Assembly: GCF_009914755.1 (NCBI RefSeq)
Contig: NC_060927.1
Length of the DNA stretch: 64,000 nt
Origin: the human T2T-CHM13v2.0 reference genome, Homo sapiens
Direction: 5' to 3' (one strand)
Below, piece by piece: positions 1 through 13,559 of the stretch. Position 1 is the stretch's first letter; each line of letters begins with the position of its first letter. Position numbers and translations under genes: made by a program. The notes below the pieces were generated by a model that was not told the DNA's origin, did no database searches, and worked only from the letters and a program-made list of their open reading frames with translations.

Positions 1-879
1 TAGTTGGTACTCAATAAATATGTATTTAATGGAATTAGACTAAGAGAAATTGAATGGGAGCAAATTAAAGCTAGTTGTTCACTTTTTGGTCAGTTAGTAG
101 TTCTGAGCCCTGGACGCAGCCTTACATACATTTTTTAACTGCCCAGCTGTTTCTGGTCACCGTGGCCTTAGTTTCCCTGCATTTTACCCTTCTCTGCTTC
201 ACCAGATGCTGGGACCTCTGAGTCTCCATCATAGAGGAAACACTCTGTGGCAAAAAGGGGATGGCAGAGGGTCAGGTGACAACACTAGAAAGCCGGAAAC
301 GCAGGTTCTACCAGGGCCCTGCTCTGGACTCGCTGGGTAGCCCCACACCAGCCACTCACCCTCTCTGTGCCTTAGTTTCCTCCTCCTTCAGTGAGGGTCA
401 GATGAAGCCTTTCTTCTTTTGGCTTGCCTTGATCTCAGAAGGGATGTGGCTGAAGCACTCTGCGCCTGGGGCTGGGAGCACAGGACAGGCGCTGAGTGTT
501 TGCCATTCCCAGAGGCTCCTGTGGGGAAGTCATTTTCTTGCAGGATCATGCCTCAGACACCCACCATAACCTTTCCCTAGGAGACAGTGCCTTCAGATCA
601 ATAGCTTGATTGGATGAAGGATTGGGTGGGACGGGGGTGATATAGCCAAGGTGATGGTCATTTTTCATGGCCCACCTGTCCCTTTGTCCTGTCTCATGGC
701 ACCCATGTGAAATGCCCACCTGTTAAGGATAAGAAATGAGAGTCCCACCCCCAAAGAATAATTTCGTGCCAATGCCTGCCACCCAATGTTGACAGTGTGA
801 AGCTCATATTACGCAGTGTATCAGTGTAGAGCAAGACTTCAACCAAGGGAAGATCTGGGGTAGGCAAAGATGGACTTTA

Positions 880-1090
880 TCTGAACAACAGCTACTATTG
901 AGTATTTCTATGTGAAGGCCTGCTATTGAGCCCTTTTGATATGTAGCCTTTAATTTTTAAAACAATCCATTGAGGGTAGGTGCTGTGTGGTACCCATTTT
1001 ACAGATGAGGAAACTGAGGCTGAGTTTCATAGCTGATAAGTAGCAAAGTCAGGATTTGACCCAGATCAGCCAGGCTCCAAAGGCTCCCTC
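880..1090 (-). mobile_element. MIR SINE remnant
   Basis: MIR core CCCATTTTACAGATGAGGAAACTGAGGC at ~993-1020. Confidence 0.8.
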
Positions 1091-1433
1091 TGTTACCCTA
1101 CTCTAACAGGTAGCTGAAGCATATCTTTTTAAGCTCCCATGTTTTGTTTTTCACTAATATGGATAGACGCTTTTCTAAACTAGGACACACGTGACTGTGT
1201 ACGGAAACAAGGAGTTTGATAGTCACTATTTCTAGAAGATTCTGGGTCATTGTATGGATGTCAGTGGCTGGCCTGGGCATTGATGTGGATGAAATGGTGT
1301 GGATTAGGGGTCTGATGCAGTGGCTGTTTTAACCTTTAAACCCATTGGCACTGATACCAACTTTGGCTTCAGAAATACTGAAATTGAGGTGCCAGTGGTA
1401 CAGTCCCATGGAGATGTCTAAAACCAGTTAGAG

Positions 1434-2048
<615 letters not shown>

Positions 2049-3536
2049 GATTAGAGATTAGTAATGTTAGATGTTTCAGGGACAACACTGGGCCTAACAT
2101 GAGTGGGAAGAGAAGAGTTTGCTGGCAGAGATCTCCCGGCAGTCTGCTTCATCTTCCCTCCTGTTAGGAGCCAGGCTGTTATTTTGAGGCCACTTGTGTC
2201 ATACCCAAGCCTTAGTGGGAATGGAGCTGGGAGATTAGACCAGGCTGAAGGAGAAACGTGGGAGTCCTAATCTATGGGTGGCAGGGATCCATGCAGTACT
2301 TTTGAAGCAGAGATGTTGGGATGGAGATGGATTCTATGCCCGCAGTATGCAAGGGAGCTTAGGGGGCCAGGCAGGTGACAAGGAAGCCAGGGAGGAGGCA
2401 TGGGCAGTCTTGTAGCAGAGAGATGCTGAGCTCAAAAGTTGGCAACCACTCATTTGACCGTTCCCCTTCTCTAGATCCTTCTTATCCTGCAAATCTTAGC
2501 TAAAATATCACCTTCTTTAAGAGGTCTTCCCTGGCCACAGCAGCCCATGCTTCTCTAATTCCAGTTGCATTGTAGTCTGCACCACATCTTTTATTCTGCC
2601 ATGGTCAGAAGGTCCTCAGCATCCACAGATATCCATGTGGCAAGTACATCCTTTTCCAGAGATCCATGTTGGCACGTACTATATAATTTCTCCCATGAAA
2701 TTTGCATGCCCATGAAATTTGGGTGTAGGCCTGGCTGGACACAGTCCTGAAGCATGCAGATTCCAGACGTGACCCCCAGCAGAAGCACACATCACTCTTT
2801 CAAACCTTTGGCGTGTCATTCATGAAGGGATGAAATGGCAGCTATTCAGTCATAATATTCCAAGGGTCCCCGGCTCTACCCTCCAGTTGTTGTAACTCAA
2901 CTGTGAGTTCTCAGCAGAGTCTGTTTTCTCTTCTTGACCCTAGGAGACCCTGCCATCTGCAGTGCTGTGCGTGTAGCTAGTGGGTACCCAATGGAGTAGC
3001 TGTAGAAGGGGGGATGTAAGCTCCATGAGGGCAGCAGGGAGGGTGACAGCAAGTTCAGCCTTTTCCCATGGTTGCTGGGTCATAGAAAGTGTTTATCAGT
3101 AGCTGCTGGATGAATGAATGCACTGACCTGGACACTTCATTTGAGGAGCACAGGATTTCATTTGGTTGATTTTCGTTAGTTGGGCTGCGTGTAGAAGAAA
3201 GGTCTGTTCACTTTGTTTACAGAATGAATCTTTAGTGGAAAATCAAGGGGTTTTAAAGATTCTGGTGGAGGGCATAAGCCTAAGACAAAGCACGGGAGGT
3301 GGGCTTCACATGGATGGACGGAACCATCTGTGGCGTCCCCTGCAACTGGTGTGTAGGAGACTCTGAATGGCAATAAAGTTAATTGTACTTTTTCTCCTTT
3401 TCTCTATTTTTGTCATCTAGATTCACCAAAACCACCTGTCGCTCCCAAGCCAAAGACTACCAGTCCACTGACGCCAGTGACCGCGCCCAAATTCCCTTCC
3501 TCAGCCAGGCCCGAGAGTCTTCACAGTCCAAACTCC

Positions 3537-6061
3537 ATGTTCAGGGGTCCGAAGCCCCCCATTGCCCCCAAGCCCAGGCTGACTGCCCCAAACGAGTGGA
3601 GAGCCAGTGTGTACCTGAATGACAGCTTGAACAAATGCAGCAACGGGCGGCTGCCCTGTGTAGACAGGGGGCTTGATGAGGGGCCCCGGTCCATCCCAAA
3701 GTGCTCTGAGTCGGAGACCGACGAGGATTACATCGTGGTCCCCAGGGTTCCGCTGAGGGAGGATGAACCCAAGGACGAGGGCAGTGTGGGGAACAAAGCC
3801 CTGGTGTCTCCCGAGTCCTCTGCGGAAGAGGAAGAGGAGCGTGAAGAGGGAGGCGAGGCATGTGGCCTGGAGGGTACAGGAGCTGGTGAGGATTCAGTGG
3901 CCCCTGCTGCTCCGGGTGCAGGAGCGCTGAGCAGGGAGGGTGAGGAAGGCACAGACCTTGCTCTTGAGGATGAAGGGGAGGGCTGCGCTGATGAGCCAGG
4001 GACACTGGAGCAGGTGTCCAGAAGTGAGGAGGAAGAGAAGCTAGTGCAGCCACACAGGGAGTGCAGCCTGGAGGACAGTGGGCCTTGGGCTGGAGAGGGG
4101 GTCTTCCAGAGCGACCTCCTCCTGCCTCACATCCATGGAGAGGACCAGGAGCCCCCCGACACCCCCGGGGAGGCAGAGGAGGATGATGAGGAAGGCTGTG
4201 CCAGCACAGACCCAGCAGGGGCAGATGAGGGTTCGGGTCCTGACAGGCCCACGGAGGACATGGGACAGGATGCTGAGGACACCAGTGAGGAGCCCCCTGA
4301 GAAGGAGGAGCTGGCCGGGGTCCAGGAGGCAGAGACAGCCACAGACTGCCCTGAAGTTCTTGAGGAGGGATGTGAAGAGGCCACGGGTGTCACAGGTGGG
4401 GAACAGGTTGACCTCAGTGAACCACCTGACCACGAGAAGAAAACCAACCAAGAAGTGGCAGCCGCCACCCTGGAGGACCATGCACAGGATGAGTCCGCCG
4501 AGGAGAGCTGCCAGATTGTCCCTTTTGAGAATGACTGCATGGAGGACTTCGTGACTTCCCTCACAGGAAGCCCCTATGAGTTCTTCCCAACTGAGAGCAC
4601 CTCTTTTTGCAGCGAGAGCTGTTCTCCTCTTTCTGAATCAGCGAAAGGTTTAGAATCAGAGCAGGCACCAAAGCTGGGGCTGCGTGCGGAGGAGAACCCC
4701 ATGGTGGGGGCTTTGTGTGGCCAGTGTGGCTCCCTACAGGGTGGAGCGGCCGAGGGTCCCGCAGCCCCTGATGTGGTGGTCGTGCTGGAGGAGGAGGCCT
4801 TGGATGATGCACTGGCCAACCCCTATGTGATGGGAGTGGGCCTGCCCGGTCAGGCGGCCCCTGGAGAAGGAGGGCAGGCTGCATCGGACGCCCTGGGTGG
4901 TTATGGCTCGAAAGAAGAATTGAACTGTGAGGCAGAGGGTGGCCTGGTTCCCGCGGACAGGAAGAACACCAGCACGAGGGTCCGGCCCCACTCTGGGAAG
5001 GTGGCCGGCTATGTCCCAGAAACCGTCCCTGAAGAAACCGGACCTGAGGCGGGCTCGTCAGCCCCTGGCATTGGAGGTGCCGCAGAGGAGGTGGGAAAGA
5101 CGCTTTTGTCATTGGAGGGGAAGCCCTTGGAAGCCAGCAGGGCCTTGCCAGCAAAGCCCAGGGCCTTTACTTTATACCCTCGGTCGTTCTCCGTGGAAGG
5201 CCGAGAGATTCCAGTGTCCGTGTACCAGGAGCCTGAGGGGTCAGGGTTGGATGACCACAGGATAAAGAGGAAAGAGGACAATCTCTCTCTGTCGTGTGTA
5301 ATTGGCTCCTCTGGGAGTTTCTCCCAGAGAAACCACCTTCCGTCCAGCGGCACCTCCACGCCTTCTTCCATGGTCGACATCCCACCTCCTTTCGACCTGG
5401 CCTGCATCACCAAGAAGCCCATCACAAAGAGCTCTCCCTCACTCCTGATCGAGAGCGACTCCCCGGACAAGTACAAGAAGAAGAAGTCATCCTTTAAGCG
5501 CTTCCTGGCACTGACGTTTAAGAAGAAGACGGAGAACAAATTGCATGTGGATGTGAACGTGTCTTCCTCTAGGTCCTCTTCAGAGTCCAGCTACCACGGG
5601 CCTTCCAGGATTCTGGAAGTTGACCGGAGAAGCCTCAGCAACTCCCCTCAGCTTAAGTCTCGGACTGGGAAGCTCCGGGCTTCTGAATCCCCCTCCTCCC
5701 TCATCTTTTATAGAGATGGCAAGAGGAAAGGTGTCCCCTTCAGCAGGACGGTGTCCAGAGTGGAGTCCTTTGAAGACCGCTCCCGGCCGCCCTTCCTGCC
5801 CTTGCCACTGACCAAGCCACGGTCCATCTCCTTCCCCAGCGCTGACACTTCAGACTATGAGAACATTCCAGCCATGAACTCGGACTATGAGAATATCCAG
5901 ATTCCACCCCGGAGACCTGCCAGGGCTGGCGCGTTCACGAAGCTGTTTGAAGATCAGAGCAGAGCCCTGTCCACAGCAAACGAAAATGATGGCTACGTGG
6001 ACATGAGCAGCTTCAACGCCTTTGAGAGCAAACAGCAGAGTGCAGACCAGGACGCAGAAAG
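3537..6061 (+). CDS. FGD5: FGD5 large coding exon, from the first in-frame ATG (MFRGPKPPIAPKPR...QQSADQDAE); acidic/Ser-rich disordered N-terminal region. The exon itself starts at acceptor 3421 and the frame is open from there.
   Basis: 905-aa ORF 3477-6194. Translation matches the human FGD5 N-terminus as I recall it. Acceptor TTTTGTCATCTAG ends at 3420; donor AAG|GTACCT at 6061/6062 (phase 2). Confidence 0.96.
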
Positions 6062-6139
6062 GTACCTGACATTCTATTTCCTTTCTTGTTCGGCAGCTGT
6101 AACTGTCCAGGAGGCAGCGTGGGTGTGGGGGACAGATGG

Positions 6140-6777
<638 letters not shown>

Positions 6778-9700
6778 CTAAATATCTTTCACATCAGGAA
6801 AATACCCTAAATTGAGATTGGCACCTTTTTATTGAGTAAATATACACTGTATTCAACAGGGAACTAGAAAAGACTATTTAAATTGTTTAAAGAGCTGATG
6901 GTGCCCTGAGCTAAATTACTGAATGGAAGTCTTTAAGAGCTACATCCAAGCTTGTTTTTTTTTTTTTTTAATTGATTCACTTTGGAAGTGAGAGTGAGAC
7001 ACTGAAGTTATTGAACAGCAGTGGGGGTGTTCTGACCTCACCTTCCCAAGACTCTGAATGCCCCTCATTGATCATCCCGAGTGGATAATTGCCAAATCTT
7101 GCCATTCCTTATGGAATTGTGGACACAACTTAAAGGTGATGCAGTTTGCCCTGAACCATCCTCATTGTTTGGGGGCACCTGATCTGAATTAACGAGAAAC
7201 AAAAGTGGTTGTGATTTTAAAAGAAACCCTCTGATTCTTTTCCCTCATGTGCAGAAACTTAAACCAGTCCTACTCAGCTGTTGCTGCTAGGAATTCCTAG
7301 GGGACCCGCAGTCTTGACTAGATAAGGATGATTTGCAATTAGCATTAGCTGTTGTTGGAGTAGAGCTGCTAGGAAGTGTTTGCATGGATAATTCTCTTGA
7401 GTATTTTGCATGGTTCGCCATCCTGGCTCCATCTTCTCACTATCCCAAGTCTGGGTAAGGCGATTTATTTATTAGTTCTTTCTAAGATGAGAAGATCTGT
7501 TTGCCAGAGCAAAGGTAAACACCAGCACAGCCCGAGGGACTGAGTTTAGTTTGGAGAATGTGGACTCGTGCGAGCTGCAAGAGGGGTAGAGAGGCAGAGT
7601 CAGCAAGTTCATTACATTAATAACAATCGGCAGGGGTGGACAAGACCCATCCCCCAGCTGAGTGCCTCCTAGCACTGAGGAAAGCAGAACCAAGCTTTAC
7701 AACAATAAACTCTCCGTGCTGGTCAGAGACCGCCCACCTCTAACAGGTGCTTACCCAGTGTACTTGAAATCCTCCAGCCACAGGGAACCCGTCACTCCCA
7801 GAGCTGCCTCATCGGGTGCTGGGTACTCTGATCATGAGGAAGAGTTTCTCTGTGACTGAGGCATATACTGTTCCCCTCTAATATCCCTCCCCTACTCATG
7901 GTTCTTCTCTCTCAAGCCAGGTGAGGGAGCTTATTTCATCTTTTTTACAATAGCCCTTCAAAAATTGAAATCTGCCTCTGTAGAATCACAGAGTTTTATA
8001 GCTGGAGGAAACTTCAGACACAAGTCCTGTTACAGAAGAGGAAACTGTGACACAGAGAGGAAAAGGCACTTGCGTAAGATCTCTCAGTAAGTTACTGGAG
8101 AAATCAGTGTCCAAACCCAGACTTCTTGACTTCTGGATCAGGAATTTGTAGTGAATTATGTGAGGGGATGCCAGGTCTGGTTGTGCAGGCTGCGCATTGT
8201 ACAATCACAAGAGCAAGTCCTTCACCTTTCATCTATGTATGGTGCCACCTGGGGTGTGCAGTGCACAGGCTGCTTGGCTATATGTGAAGGACCTGTTGCC
8301 TTGATCTGTACTTTGTGCAAAAAAACCAAACAAAAAGGACTTTTCATCCGGACAGTTATGACAATAGGGAATAAAATATCTAAGACAACGCTAAAGCTCC
8401 TGGATCGTGACTGTTTACTGCGTGCCAAGCACTGTGCTAGGTGCTTTCTTTGCATTAGCTCACGTTTGATGCTACAGCCTAGGGCCTTGGTTGAGTGTCT
8501 TGAACTGTCAGACTGAATTTCAAAAGCACGGTTGCACCACTCTGATGCTATTTCGCCAAAGGCCAGACTGACTGGAATAAATCTCCCATACAGGAACCAC
8601 ATCCTCTTGGACATCAGTCAGTGAGCAAAGCTTTCTTCCGCTTTCCTACATGAAACAGATGAAAGCAAAGGGGGAGAAAAATCCCCACTTTGGGCTGGAG
8701 CAGGTCTGGGCAAGGGAGGTTTGAGACGCATATCGCCAAGAGGCATGAGTGACTGCCGTGGGGCTGGGGGACCCTGCTTGTTTGCCTGAATAGGGGCTTT
8801 GAGTACAGAGTGGAGGGGATGCTGCTGATCTGAGACCTCTGCCTAGGGGTGCTTGGGGTTGGACGGGATGAGAGGGTGGGGAGGCAGTTCCTTCCTCCGC
8901 CTGCTACTTGTCCTGCCCCATACCTTGCTATAGTGTGAGGATTAGAGGCAGAAGCCAAAATAAATACCCATAGCCCTGACTGAAGGGCAGGTCAGTGCTC
9001 CAGACATGGATTCAAAGCCTAAGGTCCCAACACTTGTTATGGGACCTTGGAAGAGGCTGGGCCGCAGTTTGCTCATCTGTAAAATGGTAAGGTTGGAGCA
9101 GTTGTGTATTTCTCAACCATTCACCTTTCCTGGACTTCATTTACCATTTCCATTATACTGCCTATACTTTGACTCATTACTTTTCTTTAAATCAGCCCAT
9201 CTTTTTTATTTAGAAAAATGTAATGGAAACTTTTTCTCACTATTGGGAAATGGAAAAACAGTATCAGTTGCCGTAAATAGAAGGCAATTGTAAAAATAAG
9301 ATAGAACGGTAAAACAACATGGGTAAAGACTAGCTTGAGGTGATTCCTTGCCAAGGCTAGGAGCTGGAAGCCTGATCTCTTTGTTAAACAGGGAGAGGTG
9401 TTAAAGACATGCTTGCACCACACAGAGACTTTCTACCTGGCAAAACCAGAAGAATCCAAAAGGACTAAGAAGGGAAGTGATTCAGTGTTATTTAAAATCC
9501 AAGCCCTTTTTCTGCTAAAAGTATCTCCCTTCAAGAAACAGCATATAATAGAATTCAGAGAGCCCTTAGCGACCCTGAAACTGGGTGAGTAGCAGCTCAG
9601 GGTCTAATGGATGATTGTAAAGTTTCTTCTGTGTAGTTACTTCCTTTGAGATTTGCATAGATAGTAGCATGTTAGTAGCTATAGTAATACTGTTAACAGT

Positions 9701-9787
9701 CTTTTATAAATTTATTACCTATGTCCATTTTTTTCAATGGTATACAAAAGAAGGTTTTATCATTCTTTAGTTTAAAATGTATACCTG

Positions 9788-10130
9788 GGCTGAGTGCAGT
9801 GGCTTACGCTTGTAATCCCAGTGCTTTGGGAGGCCAAGGCAGGAGGATCACTTGAAGCCAGAAGTTTGAGACCAGCCTAGACAACATAGTGAGACTCCCA
9901 TCTCTACATATACACTCCCATCTCTACATATATATATATATATGTACACACGCACACGTGTATAAATAGCCGGGCATTGTGGTACGCACCTGTAGTCCCA
10001 GCTGCTCAGGAGGTTGAGGCGGGAGGACCACTTGAGCTAGGAATTTCAGGCTGCATTGAGCTGTCATCATGCCACTGCACTCCAGCCTGGCTGACAGAGC
10101 AGACCCTGATTCAAAAGAAAAATGAAATGA
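9788..10130 (+). mobile_element. Alu (AluJ-like) with microsatellite in the linker
   Basis: Both Alu arms present; linker expanded to (TA)n/(CA)n; TSD-like AAATGTATACCTG / AAATGTATCCCTG. Confidence 0.9.
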
Positions 10131-10696
10131 AATGTATCCCTGAAGCATTCTTTGTTCCCTGAATTGATGCTCACTTAAAAAAAAAAAGTTTTCAGCAGAG
10201 ATCTAGTCCAACACCCTTAGTTTCCAGATAGGCTGTCTTATGTCCTAAGTCACTGACCAGTAGTCTTGGCGTGGGGAACCCAGTCTTCACCTCCGAATAT
10301 CCTATAGCACCCTGATATGTTGGTTACACACTAGAAGCTTAATAAATGTATACTGATGAGTTGGTGATTTTGAGCTTCACAAGGGGAAAGAAATATCATT
10401 TATTAAATACCTGTTTTTAGCAACACAGTGCTGGATGCTTTGTATACAGTTATTACATACCTGTTTTATGCAAAACATGACACAGACTCACTTGTCCTAA
10501 ATATCTCATTTAAATCTTCATCATCATATGTTTGTGTTTTGCATGATAGCAGTCAGCATTATACATCAGCACAGATCCCTGAGGCCACTTTTCCCCAACA
10601 TTTTGTTATGAAAATGTTCAAAAAGTTAAGAGTTTTAGTGTGAACACCCATGTGCCCAGCACCCAGATTATACCGTGCACATGTTGCTGCACTGGC

Positions 10697-10803
10697 TTTC
10701 TCTCTCTCTCACTCGCTCTCTCTTTCTTCCTCTCCCTCCCTTTCTCCCTCTCTCCCTCTCCTCTTCTTCCCCTCTTCTCCTCTGCCCCTCTCCCCACTGC
10801 CCT
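10697..10803. repeat. CT-rich low-complexity tract
   Basis: ~100 nt almost pure C/T. Confidence 0.85.
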
Positions 10804-11614
10804 CATCCATTAGTGCATGTTGTTCTTGACACATTTATGGTAGCTTTTTCTGTTTACAGATGAGGACACCGTGGCCCGAGGAGAGCCTGTGAAAGCACCA
10901 CAGCTAAGCTCATAGGCTTTGGAGCCAAGCTGCCTGGGTATTGGTCTACACTTATTGTCTATGTGACCTAGAACAAGTTTCTGACCTCTCTGTACCTCAG
11001 TGTCCTTATCTGTAAAAGGAGACGATCATTGTACCTGCCTTGGAATGTCATTAAGACTACAGGAGTTAATACGGTACATGGTAAAATGATCAGTAAGCAT
11101 TAGCTGTTATTAAGTGACATGACCGAGGTCACATAGTGGTGGATGCAGGATTTGAATTTGATTCCTGAGGCATGGAACCTGGGAGGGAGAATCTCGTTCC
11201 TCTTGCTGTGTATTTCTGTCTGTCTGTCTGTCTCTCTCACACACACACACACAACGACTGTTCTGCATGGGTTTGACTTAACGTTTAGGGCTTTACATCA
11301 CATCAGTAAAACCAGGATCATGAATTTGCAAGCTTTTGCCATAGGATGTGGCATGAACTGTACCTCTGACTTCCCATGAGATGGGTTCAGGGCTGCAGGC
11401 AACATCTGAGCAATATTGATTTGGAGTCATTAGCTGCCTCGTACACCAAAGACAGCAAGACTAGGGGTTTTATGATTCCATAATCATAATAAAACTGCCT
11501 GTCTCTATTATTATGACTGTATTTGTTATTTCATTTATAACTTACAGTTAGTTAGGTAGGAATTTCCAGCTCCCATTTTCCAGGTGAGAAAACAGGCTTG
11601 GTGACATGACATGA

Positions 11615-11965
<351 letters not shown>

Positions 11966-13286
11966 TTTCTGGTATTCTTAATCCAAACCTGTTGAGTGTC
12001 CTGCTTGCAAGAGACAGGGTGGCACAGCCACCCCCAAAGTGTTAACATTGCTTATTGGTCCAGGAGACTCAAGGAAAAGTGAAAGGACACCTTTCTTTTC
12101 TGCTGGCTGGTGGGTTTGTCGCTCTGTTGGCAACTCATCAATAAGACGAGCTTTCCTGGAACTTGCTAATGAGGTACTCAGATGTCTTTCCCTCCTGCAG
12201 GCCACAGTGGGTACCCCTGCCCTTGTGTGGCCAGCTGTGCCTGAGGAGCAACCAGAAGTTCTCGGTTTGGAGCATGCCGTCTGTTTGGAATGGAATGCTC
12301 ATTAGGAGAACCTCAGAAGATTCTACCCGCCCGGGGCAGCAGCTCATGAGTGCTTGTGCATTGCAGACAGAGCAGTTAAGGATTCTGCTCCGCCAGCCCA
12401 GGGTTGTTACAGAGCTGCTTATGGTTGAAATGCAGCTCGAATTACATGCCCAGGAGTTTGTGTTTGGGCCACGTTGTGCAGCATGCGTATGAGGAGAGGG
12501 AGCAGGAAGACCCAGGAGAGTGAATGTGTTGGCTAACTGGTGATGGTTGTTTGTGAAATGACTCATTTTGGGCAAGGATTGCATGGAGTGATGTGTGGAA
12601 GGAGAGAGAGGGGGACCAGGTACCACTGCTGGCCTCAGTGGACTGAGAGTCTGGGGGTAGGAAGAGGACTTAGACCCAAGTCACTGAAATGCAAGGTAGA
12701 AAAGGCCCAGGACCCAAAGAGTAGGAGTCCAGAGGCGGGCAGGATGTCTTCATGGACAAAGTGGCACTTGAGTAGACATTGCAGGAAAAGTAGGCTTTTG
12801 ACATGGAGGCAGGAGAAAGAGGAGAGAACGTACAAGAAATAAGACTCCAATGAAAATGTCTTCCTTCATTCAGAAGGTACCTCAATACCTTTATTCTGGA
12901 AAATAGGTCACATCATCTGCAGACAGGGAGGAGGATTATATGGAGGAGATGGGGTTGAAAGGCTTGAGGACTAAACACAAATACCATCTCTCTCTCATTT
13001 CTGAGTGTAACAGTAGGACATTGTGAGTGAGCCTAGCCAGTTCCCTCACTCAGTCCGCTAGCGTTCCCGGAGTATCTGCTGGTTGTCTGTGCTGTTCTAG
13101 GTAGTAGAGGTACTCAAATCCCTGCCCTCTGGAGTTTTTAGGCTGGCTGAGGAGAAAGATGGATAGAGAGGCAATTAGAGCCTAGGGTGATAAAGTGATA
13201 AAGCTTGGTTAGTGGTATATCCAGTTGGCTATGGAGTGGGCAGTAGGGGAGCCTTCAGTATCTGTAGGACATTTGAGGTGGGTCTC

Positions 13287-13559
13287 TTTTTTTTTTTTTT
13301 TTTTTGAGATGGAGCCTCATTCTGTTGCCTGTGCTGGAGTGCAATGGCATGATCTTGACTCACTGCAACCTCTGCCTCCCAGGTTCAAGCAGGGGATTAC
13401 AGGCACTCATGACCTTGCCTGGCTAATTTTTGTATTTTTAGTAGGGATGGGGTTTCACTATATTGGCCAGGCTGGTCTTGAACTCCTGACCTCTGGTGAT
13501 CCACCTGCCTCGGCCTCCCAAAATGTTGGGATTACAGGTGTGAGCCACTGCGCCCGGCC
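13287..13559 (-). mobile_element. Alu (AluS-type) with internal deletion
   Basis: Poly-T and Alu body; TSD AGGTGGGTCT on both sides. Confidence 0.93.

Noticed and set aside
3477-3536. ORF-track start 'MTAPKF' at 3477
   Set aside because: The codon is GTG (Val) inside an exon whose frame is already open from the acceptor; no evidence it is an initiator.
3541-5811. Multiple 100-200 aa antisense/alternate-frame ORFs over the big exon
   Set aside because: Expected shadows of a GC-rich coding sequence; low-complexity, no recognisable domains.
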